A stretch of DNA of 64,000 nucleotides, from NCBI GenBank assembly GCA_951406725.2, contig OX597819.1:116126001-116190000 (forward strand). Reading direction: 5' to 3'. Position numbers and translations under genes: made by a program. Below, piece after piece: positions 38,893 through 51,769 of the stretch. The notes beneath the pieces were generated by a model that did no database searches, had not been told where the DNA came from, and worked only from the letters and a program-made list of their open reading frames with translations. The DNA comes from Octopus vulgaris. Its lineage: Eukaryota. Position 1 is the stretch's first letter. The number at the start of each line of letters is the position of its first letter.

Positions 38893-40127
38893 TTTACCTG
38901 AGTTTACTTAAGAAATATTCACCACAGGGGAATTTCATTGTGGATTTCAGCGGATTCCGTCATATTTGTATGGTTTGAGACTGCTTGCGCACCTAATGGC
39001 AATTCTCTTCTTGAAAGACCAAAGTTTGTATACGTGTCAACTATGTATGAAGAATGCATTGATAAGTTTTGAATGAAGACTTGGGGAATCTATGGATTTA
39101 TGTCAATGGTTCTGTCATTTAATGGCCGAGAAGAATTTACGGAAGCGTAGTGTGAGAGGTCAAATTATATATCAACGTATACAACATTACTGAGTCACAT
39201 TTGTCACGAGTTCTTGATTTAAACTAACATATGTTATACGGCCAAAGGTCTAGTCACTAACTGGATTTGTAATAATATTTATGTAACGTGCGATCTTGTA
39301 TTGAAATGACACAATTTATTTAAAATATCAAGATAAATTAGATTTAAGATAAGATATTGTTATCATGGTTAGCTGTAGTGGTAAGGTGGCTTGATGGAAG
39401 AATCGTTGGCACTTTGGTCGAAATGTTTAGCAGATTTCTTCCCGCTGCACACATTCTGAGATCAAATCCTGCCTTAATCAACTATGCTTTTCTTTCGAAA
39501 TTGATAAGATAAAGTACCACTCAAGAACTGAGTGTCGTGTTTTCAACTTCCTTTCCCTCTTAGAGTCTCGGTGACCTTTACCGACATTTTCATCAATCAT
39601 TATAGGCTGTTGTTGCAGTTGTTTAATACTTTTGTAGTGCCAATTAAAACCTCTTTCACCAGACCTATGAGCAAAGGCATTCCATTCGTGACCGTTCCCT
39701 TTATAAGGAATATAAAATGATATATTATTAAATATCTTTCCAGTTTAAAGACGTTAGCATGTTTCATAAGAGATTTATTTGTCATTTCTCATCGGTCCAA
39801 CGATCGTGTGGAAACCGGTTCGTCGGTTAGATTCCATTACTCTTTCTAGAACACTGAGGAACCGAGGAAGGCTCTCAGTCATTATCATAACAGCGGATCC
39901 CTTTCTGTAGCGTAGCCCAATATTGAGAAAATCTTGATGTTACTTACGGGCTATGAATATAAATTCCGACCAAGGGATAGGGTTGATCTATTTCTGTTAC
40001 AATTCTTGTATTGGTTAGTCAGGCAGTTGTAATGTATTTGTCAATCCTGTTCTGGCGAAATCGGATTTAGTCTCCTGGCTATGAGAAATTATTTATTTAG
40101 TTATGTATAACCTTACAATTGACAATA

Positions 40128-40505
40128 GGGGTAGAGACGAAAAATGGATCTATTTTCATAATTTTAGTAAGAGATATCAGTGCTTTATTTCCGGCCAGGC
40201 TTTAGAGCCTGTTGCCAAACAAGAATGGTTTGAACACAAGGTAATGCTATGTGTTTGGTGAAATTGCGAGGGTGTGTTCCTCTTCAGGCTTCTCCCACAT
40301 GGTAATGCTGTAGAAGTTTACGCTCAACAACTGCAGTGAGTATATGATTCTTGGAATGCCAGCATTGGTCAAAGGAAGACGCGAACTCCTAAAACATGAC
40401 AGTTCTCCAGCACTCATTGCCAATGTGACCATGGGCCAACGTGAAGAATTTCTGGGGCTGGAGGTGCTGTCTCAAACCGCTTGCAGTCCTGCCCATGCAC
40501 TATTG
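40128..40505 (+). pseudogene. mariner transposase fragment
   Basis: KVMLCVW*NCEGV and LLKHDSSPA..ANVT...LGLEVL motifs; duplicate of part of 42100-43000. Confidence 0.75.
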
Positions 40506-41047
40506 TCGATACATCATAATCCAATTTCAGTTAGTCGATAGACCGTAATCACATGTCGGGGTTCTTTGGTTATGTTCTATATCGGACGTGACAGAGTGCC
40601 AGCTAGCCGTGAGTCGAGTTCCCTAGATGCGATCTGAGAATATGGTAGCAGTACTGCCCCAGATATGGGAGGAGTACTCTATTGTCAGACTCATTTGAGT
40701 ATTTTAAAGTATCAGGAGTTGTTGGGGGCCGAAATATTTCCTGGTTCTAAAGTGAAAGACTAATTTTTGGGATGTGATTATATATTTGTTAAAGAAATAC
40801 TTCTGTCTTTTATAAGATGTCTCTTTCTCTAATCCAATATTTTATGTGTTTTTGTTAGCTTATATTTATGGCAACTAACTTAATGTTCATAGATTTTCCC
40901 TATGTTAATATTTTATCAACTGTTATGTACGTTGTCTACGATACTCTCAAACGTTTTCTATATGGTCTCCTCTAAAACGTTTGCAGCCATTTCGATAGTA
41001 CATTTGTTAATGTCTATGTTTCAGCTTCATATTTAGAATGGACTATC

Positions 41048-41443
41048 TCTTTCTCTCTTTTCTCTTTTACTTGTTTCAGTCATTTGACTGCGGCCATGCT
41101 GGAGCACCGCCTTTAATCGAGCAACTCGACCCCGGGACTTATTCTATCGGTCTCTTTTGCCGAACAATAAAGTTACGGGGACGTAAACACACCAGCATCG
41201 GTTATTAAGTGATGTTTGGGGGACAAACACAGACACACAAACATATACACACACACATGTATAATATATACATATATACGACCGGCTTCTTTCAGTTTCC
41301 GTCTACCAAAACCACTCACAAGGCTTTGGTCGGCCCGGGGCTATAGCAGAAGACACTTGCTCAAGATGCCACGAAGTGGGACTGAACCCGGAACCATGTG
41401 GTTGGTAAGCAAGCTACTTACCACACAGCCACTCCTGCGCCTA
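41048..41443 (-). mobile_element. SINE family A
   Basis: Reverse complement of family A with a short internal microsatellite. Confidence 0.9.
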
Positions 41444-41544
41444 TAATAATATTTTCAGAAAAACATATTTTGGTGTTGATATTAATATTTATTTCTTTGA
41501 TGGTTTGGATATTGATGTCAGTTATATTCCTTTTTGCTATAGAT

Positions 41545-41733
41545 ACAGAGCCTGACATTTGGGGTGGAGGGCTAGTACATCAACCCCATTGTACAACTTG
41601 CGTTATTTTTATCGACATCGAAATGATGAAAGGCAAACTTGACCCCGGCAGAATTCGAACTCAGAACATAAAGACGGACGAAATGCAACTAAACATTTAT
41701 AATTGTGCTAACAATTCTGTCAGACCACCGCCT
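41545..41733 (-). mobile_element. SINE family B, decayed monomer
   Basis: atgaaaggcaaacttgaccccggcagaattcgaactcagaac...gacgaaat...accaccgcc matches family B. Confidence 0.7.
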
Positions 41734-42099
41734 TTTTGATGTCAGTAATATTGTAATTTTTTCAAATTCCATTTTAGTGATTTCAATCCTTCATTTAATT
41801 TCTGATTCAGACTTCCTATTATCAGATTACATTTCTATATATATATACACACTCATACTCGCGCGCGCACAAACAGACAGGCACATACATACACACACAC
41901 ACGCACACGCATAACAAATTGAGTAAAAAAGAATTCTTCGGATTTTCACTGCTGACTTTTGGCAACTTGTATCTCCATGTTGTATCATTAATTTAACACC
42001 GCTTGTCCAGTTGTTTATTCTTTATTTTCATATATATCTTATAAACATTAATTGACTATTCGTTATTTTACAGCTTTTATTAGTTACAATTATAGCCAT

Positions 42100-43000
42100 T
42101 TTACTCTACAGCGACAAAAGAAATTAATAATGTGGAAGGTTATGCCAGCCTCAATGACAAGCCAACGTCAAGGAAACCTGTTGCGAAAGCTGTTCCCTTG
42201 CTTCAAATGGTCGAAGAACATCCTAATACAATCACGCGTACATTGTCGGTAGAATTTGATTCTTCACAAAGCACCATCAATCGATAATTCCATAAGCTCG
42301 GTCTTGTGAACAGACGCTGTCGAGTGGTTGGTGATGAATTTACCAATGACCAGGCTTAACGACACGTTAAAATTTGCAAACAAGTCCTGGCAAATCCTCG
42401 AGAAGCCTGATTTTGGCGTCGAGTTGTAAATGGAGAGGAAAATTGGATCTATTTTCATAATTTTAGTAAGAGATATCAGTGCTTTATTTCTGGCCAGGCT
42501 TCAGAGCCTGTTGCCAAACAAGGGTGGTTTGAACACATGATCATGTTATGTTTTTGGTGAAATTGCGAGGGTGTGTTCCTCTTTCAAGTTTTCCCACATG
42601 GTAATGTTGTTGACACTAACGTTTACGCTCAACAACTGCAGTGAGTATATGATTCTTGGAAAGCCAGCATTCGTCAAAGGAAGACACGAACTCCTACAGC
42701 ATAACAGTTCTCCAGCACTCATTGCCAATGTGACCAAGCGCCAACTTGAAAGATTTCTGGGGCTGGAGGTGCTGTCTCAATCCGCCTGCAGTCCTGCCGA
42801 AGCATTATCAGATAATTAGGTTTTCCTATCCAAAACTCATCTCCTGCACCGAGGAAGATTTAACAAAGTGGATAGTTTGAAAACGGGTGAAGGAGGGCTT
42901 TTTCTCTAAATCAGCCGCATAGCATACGCGTGGAATTAAGCTTCAGGCACACCAGTGGTAACTGACAAGAGAATATTGTGGGATATATTTTGATGAATAA
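42100..43000 (+). pseudogene. Decayed mariner transposase
   Basis: HTH-like region near 42200-42330, MLCFW*NCEGV, LLQHNSSPA..ANVTKRQLERFLGLEVL, and a C-terminal GxYFDE*-like end near 42995. Many stops and frameshifts. Confidence 0.75.
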
Positions 43001-43209
43001 ATGCTTTACGTATGTAATTTGTTGGAACTATATACTAAATATTCGAATACGTAAAGCAAAGCTTTTGACTCAACTGGGTATATATGTATATATTACTGCA
43101 TGATATATAAAATGTTAATGGGTTATATACGGTACTGTCATAAACTTTTACAGTGTTTTATAAAACATTAGCAATTACAAGCTACTAGACTTTATCACTG
43201 TTGAAAGTG

Positions 43210-44260
43210 GATGAGTTCAATAACTTAGTGTAAAGAACACATCACCGCCTGATGCCGTTTTCAATCTTAAATTTTGAAGCTATTCCAGGATTTATAAAAA
43301 GGGTTATATTTACTAAATATTATATCACAATCTTCACGCATGTCCCGATCTCATATAAGACAATGGATTATCTTTATCAGTTTACCTCTGGCATAGGTCT
43401 TAGTGGAGTCTATAGAGATTTGTAAACACCTAGGTTTACATATAGAACTACTTCATATACGATTCTCAGGTCTTGTATTCTTCCATGTCTTCCCAGCTTT
43501 GGCATAAACCCGCTTTTATAATTGGCTTTAATTTATTCTTTATGAAAATCTCTGTTCGAAAATGATCACTATCAATTTAATCTCATGCTTACGATGCTAA
43601 ATTCTCTACATTCCTTGAAGTTTCGGTTTCTTTAGTAATAGAACAAAGATACATTGTTTTATTTAATTTGGAATGTATCCACTCTCATATATTGCGTTAC
43701 AAAATATGTTATTAGATCTATAACATGGTTTATAATGCCTTTAATACCTTTCTGTTTTATCTCCTCCAGTTAACATAACATATTTCATTGCCTTTATTAC
43801 CATTTCTACTTCTTTTAAGATTCCATTTCCATTAGCAGCTTTAAAATTGAGAATAGACGGTCTGGTCTCCTCACCGTACAGTTCTTTTATGCAATCATTC
43901 TATCTTGATGCAATCTGTCGATGATCAAACGTTATGTTTCGATTTTTGTCCTTAATGTTACAACGCGGTTTACTCGTGCATGTACTGCTTGTGATCTCGT
44001 TTATTTCATCTTACTGTTCTTTAGATTTAAGCCGGTTAATAAGTTTTCCGCATAAGTGGCATTGATCATCCAGGTATTTGGTTTTTACTTCCCCACATTC
44101 AGAAGTGATTTCTATATTTAGGTTGCTATATCTATCTTCATCTTCATTCTTGTATCTCTTTCGCTCTTTCCGTCCTCATAGAATTTCCTCTATGATCTAG
44201 CTTCGTTTTTCGCCTTTCTTTGATTTCAATATTTCATTCTACTTCTTCATCTCTACGCAG
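43210..44260 (-). pseudogene. Highly decayed RTE-like reverse transcriptase remnant
   Basis: Minus strand gives GFMPK...LRIVYE (RTE-like GFMPG..LR...E) and KIENGIRR*CVL..KLLN (compare GVRQGCVLSPxLFN). Boundaries uncertain. Confidence 0.5.
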
Positions 44261-46618
44261 TGCTTGTGTCTCTTTTATTGCATAAATATGCCTAATTGGT
44301 TCATATTATCAAATAATATCAGTATTTTGCTTGATTTAGAAAATTTTAATTTAATTGCTCTGTAATTTTTAGTTATTTTGAGTTACATTTATATTCCGCT
44401 GCATATTGATACACTGTGGTGGAGAAGAATCTTAAAGAATATAAACACGATTAGTATGCTAACAATCTTGATATAAGCTTCCTTGAATAACGTTATCTTA
44501 TGAGTAACCATCATCAATAACAACAGCAACGTATATCAAAATGCTACGCACTCATACGTGAACTCCACGAAACGCAAATCTCCTCATGGAAGATTATCTT
44601 TCGGAACAAGGTATGGAGGAAAGAAAAAAATATGGTGCAATGTTCAGTAAATATTTCATTTTTTGCAGTATTAATTATGATGAAATATACAAGCAATTGA
44701 CAATTTACATCCAGCTTGTAGAATCTGATTGGTAGGAATCGATATATATGAAAATTGAATCAAAGTAAACATTTAACGATATAGCTGAAATCAGCACTTA
44801 GCTATTGATTATAAATAAATAACTAAATGACTGAATGAATAAATAAATGCATGTAGTGTTAGGAGTATGACACTCATTTCTAACACCTGTACGTGACATT
44901 TTCATTAGAAGCAACATATTAATGTATTTATTGATATATTTTTTATAGTGTTATATTTCAGGAATCTATCGATCTTGGTTGACCATGAATTTGCACATAA
45001 AATATTTCTCACGAAGCAGTAAACCTAAACTTCTAGGAAAGATCAGTTGTTTCGTATGCAGAAAAATATTCACCTCAACGATACGGGTGTTGATCAAAGA
45101 AAAAGCAAAGATCTAAATATTTTGTAGGGTATACCACAGGTGAAGTCAAGACACAGAAAGCCAGACTACGCACCCCAAAATTTGGGTTACACATTTTACA
45201 TGCTGAGTTCAACCTTGAAAGAAATTCCACCAAACTATACTGAGCTTATACATTTTTTTCTCTAGGAAATTTGAAGAAGAAAAGGCCAAGTTGAGCTCGG
45301 CAAAATTTGATCCCAGAATGAAAAGGACGGGAACAAATATCGCCAGGTATTTGTCCAACGCTAATACAATCGCACACACCCACACTAAATTACTATTAAA
45401 ATTGGCTCAATATTACCTGTGTCGCAGAGAGGAACCATCGGGTTAACTGAAAGCCGTACGGAAATGGTACATACATTATACTCATTAAAAAACTTGAAGC
45501 CTTGTATCTATGAAAAGATCAGTATTAAAATAGAAATTAAGGAAGAATGGATAACAGAATGTTGAAGAGTCGAAAAATGCTTTGCGGTATGTAATTATTT
45601 CTTCTTAAATACTGAGTTCAAATCTCACTGAAGTTGAATTTGGCTTTTACTCTCATAGATTCATTAAAATATCTATAGGTCATGTACGACGATAAAGTTG
45701 ATCGACAGTATATATGTGGCTTTGTGCCAATTTTCACTGTGAGAAACCAATATGAAGATAAATTACTTTTAATTTGATATGAACTTATATACCACCATGC
45801 ATCAAAGTCTCCTGCTAATACTTAATACTTGAATTATCAGAATTAAAGGCAAAATAGATCCTCTTTGGTTATCTCACTCAAAAGAAACTTCTAAAAGTCA
45901 CATAATAACGTGGATTGAATGATTTGAACGGTATCATACTAACAATACCGTTCTATTCAGTTATTTAAAAGACTTTATCCAAATTACTCAAGCGAATAAT
46001 CTATAATAAGCTATTTAAAAATAAGTACCTTTTGTGTGCAGAATTACAACCGAAAGTTTAAATTGGTGAAATATAGGTGACAAAGAGTGTCAGTTAGTAG
46101 TAAGAACTTTCTATAATAGATGAGACATAATGAAACTAATTAAACACTTCCGTTAAATACTTTTGATCTTCTCCGATACAGAGTCAACCATCTTTCCATC
46201 CATCCAGCTTCTCGATTAGACCAGTTCTACGAACGATATATTTACTGGTCGTTTTATAAATAACTCCAACAAATCGATTGATTTTCTTTTTAATGAATCT
46301 CAATGTATCAATTCATTAGAATTCGTTTGGCCATTTCTAGTGAAAGTTTCTTTCAATTATTTATTAGTAAGCCTTTGGTAAGTGACATTTATGGCATTTT
46401 ATTCCATTTTGCTCGTATTTGTAGACAGAATTATTGATTATTGAAAGGTGAGTGGAAATGATAGTAAAAATTATAAAGAGGAAATATTGAAAACAAAATC
46501 AAAAACAAGAAAAATGTGATCAATAAGATTTAAAGTGTGAGATTTCTAAATTTTCACTGATTGTAATTTATTGGTTATTATTATAGTTTTTATATTACTT
46601 TATATATACATATACATA

Positions 46619-46715
<97 letters not shown>

Positions 46716-48509
46716 TACTTTCTGTGATTCAATAATTTTTCAATTCGATATCGCCTGAGCTGGTTTGCAATTCTATCGTTGTTTGGTTGTTGATAGTATT
46801 GATTGGTCACATGGACAAAATGTTTTTCTTTTTAAATAAAATGAAATTACAGAGGATGAGTAAAATCGATTGATTCGTCCACAGTGTATGCATAACGGTT
46901 TTTACTGACACCAAAGAGATGATGAGTCAAGACTTACACTGAATATGTAGATGGACGAAATCATGGATATTTTAGGGTGTTTACTTGGTGACTTTATTTT
47001 CATTGACTTTCCATCAACTTGCTTTCCATGGTAAAATAAATTTCTTTTGAAAAAACTAAGCTAAGACTTGTATAGTGTGGGTGTAATCAACTGGATGAAT
47101 AAATTCCATTTTTATTACCAAAATCGATACATTATTGGACAAGTTAAAACTTCAGTAGAAAAACAACAACGTATTATGCACAGCCTATTTAAAAGTAAAC
47201 TGAAATCACAAATTATGAACAAGTTACCAATGTAAGCAGTTGAAGGAGAGTAAAAAAAACATAAATGTTATGTTAGTTTTTTTAGAAAAACTGAAACCAA
47301 AAGTATTCCAGCTATGGGCATTCCTATTTTAAGGGTAACATAATTGTAAGAGAGTATGGTGTAATTTAGTGGAAATCTGATATTTCAACAGGTCAAATAA
47401 AAACCTAGAGATTCTTTTGTTGGTTCCTATAGATATAGTTCATTGGTAGACAAATAAAGTTAAGAAACCCACAAGGATATAAATTCTACAATTAGTTCTT
47501 TGACCGCTGGAATTTAAGTCAAAATTCTCAGAGGGAAATGAAGATGGGTCAAAGTAGATTTGTGGTTAACTCCTTGTAAATTGAGTAGGTTTTATAGATT
47601 CGGTTTCCTGTTGAGCGATTCCATTTTCTTTTCGGGAGATATTTCTGGTTAGTATCAAATGCACAAAAGAGGACAACTCCACAACTAAGTCTCGCCATTT
47701 AAACACTTTATAGGAATTTAAATCCTAGTCATATTTCTGATATCATACATATTTGTGAACAGTAAGTTCGCTTCTTAAAGATTTACGCAGGGCTAATCAT
47801 TGATTACCTGTTTTTCCGAAGTTCATCTCAGCTGGAGTAAAGTTATATCACCAAGAAAATTTATCGAGGCATGAGTTAATGCGGCAAAGAAAACGTATAT
47901 ATAAACAAGCACGCCCACACATACACACACAAATGTCATGTGACTCACAAGTGCTAACAGGTAAAATGTCGTTCAGTGCAACTGGTTGCATTGTCATGTC
48001 GACTGCAGTTAAACTGTCGACGTCTAACATCCTCTGCTGTCTGATCAAAAATGTAATTTAAGAAAATCTGTACGGTAAAAATAAACCCTGGTAAAAAAGA
48101 CGAATGAATTGATGAGCATCACCAGCCATCTAACTGCGTGCAAATATGCTTCCTTCATATCCCTGTTGAGCTGAAATAATCCAAAGATGGGAGAAGACTA
48201 AGCGTAGGGAACTTGAAATGGAAACTCATGTAGCTATCAATCTTCTTGTAATGCTTATCACTAGATTACACTTAGTTATACTTAGAGGACGAGATACGCG
48301 CTGTAGAGGCGTGTGTCATGTAAATCCAATGACGTACGCATACTCCATTCCGTCTAGATAATTTCGTATCTCTACTAAACTCCTGTGGTTGCAGAGGTGC
48401 AGTGCATCTGAGAGCACACTAATGTAATGGAGATTATTGAGATGATGTAGATAAACTGAGACGGGTACCACCTGTCAAGAAGAAGCAATCATCATCATTA
48501 TCGTATGCA

Positions 48510-48565
<56 letters not shown>

Positions 48566-48786
48566 TATATATAATAAAAATATATGCATACATACAAACA
48601 TATATGTACGTACCTACATCTACATGTATATATACATGCATATATAAATAATTATACGTGAGTACAGGACATCAAAATAAGACGTAGAAACGGGAAAAAA
48701 CAAAAAAACAAAAAAAACAAGAAAACGAAAAACAAAAAACAAGGAAACGAAAAAACAATTACAGGACGAGCTACACAAGGAAAAAA

Positions 48787-48848
48787 CCCCCGTCATCAGC
48801 TGTCGCTAGTGGAGTCAAGCATGTTTCGAAGGCAGAGACAGAACACTA
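48787..48848 (-). ncRNA. Rearranged (non-circularly permuted) hammerhead-like motif
   Basis: Minus strand: GUGU-U-CUGUC-ucug-CCUUC-GAAA-CAUg-15 nt-GACAG-CUGAUGA-c-GGGGG. Helix I is cuguc/gacag, helix II is ccuuc/ggggg, helix III is Acau/gugU, and the core is intact. Confidence 0.7.
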
Positions 48849-48850
48849 AT

Positions 48851-50569
48851 CCAAACGTTGGTAGACTCAACAGGCGTATCGATTGAGGACCCTTATCAAC
48901 AGAGTCAATTATTTGCCGAGGCTTTTTCAACTATTTTCAAACAAGATGATGGTCGTGAACCCCCTCCATTTGATAGATCGGTACCTCCAATACCTAGATT
49001 GGTCATCACGCGGGACGAAGTCAAACGTGTTATTCAAGGCCTCGATGTCAACAAGGGTCACGGCCCTGACGGCATACACCCACGGGTTATCAAAGCGTTG
49101 GCTCCGGTCATCTGCGAGCCCTTAACACGTCTATTCAATATGTCATTGGCGACGGGTGTTATACCTGCGGACTGGAGAACAGCGATAATCTGCCCAATTT
49201 TCAAGAAAGGGAGCCGCGAAGACCCGCTTAGCTACCGACCGGTTTCCCTTACATCAATAATCAGCAAGATGTTCGAAACCATCCTTAAAGAAAAGTATGA
49301 TGCTCCACCTCCAAAACACAGCCCCTATCTCTGATTCCCAACACGGCTTCGTGCCGAAGAGATCATGCTTGACCAACTTACTGGTAATGGAAGAATTGGT
49401 GACGCGCATCCTCGATGATAGTGATGCTGTTGACATCGTTTTATTGGACTTTGCCAAAGCTTTTGACTCGGTAAACCACCGCCTATTACTTGTCAAGCTT
49501 CAAGCATATAGTTTCCATCCGGATATTGTACGATGGGTTGGTGCCTTCCTCTCAGATCGCTCCTTCCAAGTCCAAGTTAATGGTTCGCTGTCCGACGTCT
49601 CCAGTGCGAGCAGTGGCGTGCCTCAAGGTTCAGTGCTTGGGCCCTTATTGTTCTTAGTCTTCATAAATGACTTGCCCGACGACCTCACGCAACACACCCT
49701 TCTATTTGCCGACGATATCAAACTGGTCGCTCCTCGCGGTGATATAGAGGATCTTCGTCGATGCCTCCACCAAATTTGGAAGTGGTCTAACGAATGGGAC
49801 CTGTGTCTGAACGTGTCAAAGTGCTGTCATCTGCCTGTTGGCTCTCCTCCTGCAACTCAACTTGATTTCGAGCCGGGTCGTCTGCTGCTGGAGAGGACCG
49901 ATCAGGTAAAGGACCTGGGTATCTTGGTGGATTCCTCCTTTTCGCCTTCGGCCCAGTGCGTCCATGCTGCCAACAAAGCACGCGGAATTCTGTTCTTGAT
50001 TCGACGGTCATTCGGAATGCTCACAGCAGCCATATTCCTACCACTCTATGTCACGCTGGTGAGACCCATATTGGAGTACGGGATTCAAGCCTCTTCTCCT
50101 TATCTCCTCAAAGACATACAGCATCTCGAAAGAGTCCAGAAGCTGGCTACCCGCATGGTTCATGGTCTCAAAAATTTGTCCTATGAAGAAAGGCTGAGGA
50201 GGCTCGACCTTTATTCTCTTTAAAAACGCCGCTGCCGTGGTGATCTCATTCTCGCCCACAACATAATAAGCGGAAAGTGTAACCTCTCGAAAGAGCTGTT
50301 CTTCACTCCTGCTCCAGAGCGTCGGCTGCGGGGTCATTCCGAAAAGCTCTACCTGCGACGATTTCATCTCAATCGAAGGAGAGGAGCTTTCTCCATCCGG
50401 GTTGCGGATCCGTGGAACAAGCTGCCAGACGAGATGGTGAAGATGCCGACGACCGCTTTGTTCAAAGTCTCCCTTGACCTCAAGTGGCCTGAACTCTTTA
50501 CATGAACACCACCCTGTACTTAACTCCATGTCCCCCTACATGGCCTTGCTATTTGCTTTCGAGCCAAAT

Positions 50570-50600
<31 letters not shown>
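48851..50600 (+). mobile_element. 5'-truncated CR1-group LINE (RT pseudogene) with (AACT)n tail
   Basis: ORFs 48858-49334 and 49297-50223 contain GPDGI, YRPVSLTS, QHGF, DFAKAFDSVNH, SGVPQGSVLGPLLFLVFINDL, LFADDIK and LERVQ. Frameshift near 49290, premature stop at 50221, tail ~50570-50600. Confidence 0.95.
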
Positions 50601-51455
50601 AGGCCTTCCTGCGAGAGAATTAAAATAAAATTCCAAGCAGCGGGACAAAATGAGTACGAACACGAACAAGACGTAACAATAAAACTGCAAAAATAAAAAT
50701 ACATGTACAAAAAATACAAATAATTACAAAACGAGAAAATAAAAAGAGAATACGATACAGGAAGTCAAACACACAAGAGGACGAACGAAAAAGCCTTTTT
50801 TTCTGGCATAGACAACAATAAAACTGCAAAAATAAAAATACATGTACAAAAAATACAAATAATTACAAAACGAGAAAATAAAAAGAGAATACGATACAGG
50901 AAATCAAACATACAAGAGGACGAACGAAAAAGCCTTTTCTTGGCGAAGACGAAGGATACTGTAGCAGCGCGTGGAGGCAGTCTTTTCAGTAGTAAGAACC
51001 ACGTGTAAAAGAAATTTTATTTTATAGGCTGGCAGTAAGGAAGAAGGAAGGAGGAGGGGGACACGCGGCTGAGAGAGAGAGGAGGAGTGGAAGGGAGAGA
51101 GAGTGAAGAGGTTAAAGCAAAGGGAGAGAATTCCGCATCTTAAATATAATAATATAAAAAAAAAAACAGGAACCAAGAAGTGGAACGAAACAACGAATCG
51201 GAACGAACCTGATGCGGGGCGCTGTCAGACAATAAGGTGATAAATAAAAATATATGCATACATACAAACATATATGTACGTACCTACATCTACATGTATA
51301 TATACATGCATATATAAATAATTATACGTGAGTACAGGACATCACAATAAGACGTAGAAACGGGAAAAAACAAAAAAACAAAAAACAAGAATACGAAAAA
51401 CAAAAAACAAAAAAACGAAAAAACAATTACAGGACGAGCTACACAAGGAAAAAAA

Positions 51456-51515
51456 CCCGTCATCAGCTGTCGCTAGTGGAGTCAAGCATGTTTCGAAGGC
51501 AGAGACAGAACACTA
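51456..51515 (-). ncRNA. Rearranged hammerhead-like motif (second monomer)
   Basis: Identical to 48787-48848 except for a shorter G-run (GGG) in helix II. Confidence 0.65.
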
Positions 51516-51713
51516 ATTCAATAGGCCTTCCTGCGAGAGAATTAAAATAAAATTCCCAGCAGCGGGGCAAAATGAGTACGAAGACGAACAAGACGTAACA
51601 ATAAAACTGCAAAAGTAAAAATACATGTACAAAAAATACAAATAATTACAAAACGAGAAAATAAAAAGAGAATACGATACAGGAAATCAAACATGTATAT
51701 ATATATCAATCAA

Positions 51714-51769
<56 letters not shown>

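Larger units (their letters stand above)
48573..51693 (-). mobile_element. Partial tandem (about 1.5 monomers, ~0.92-kb unit) retrozyme/pLTR-like repeat, interrupted by a CR1 LINE
   Basis: ataaaaatatatgcatacatacaaac...gtgagtacaggacatc repeats at 48573 and 51244; 50601-50790 repeats at 51523-51693; one HHR-like motif per monomer; (TA)n flanks. Confidence 0.75.

Noticed and set aside
39540-40120. Possible decayed Tx1-like C-terminal remnant on the minus strand (LLIGLVKEVL)
   Set aside because: The similarity is too weak to support without an alignment.
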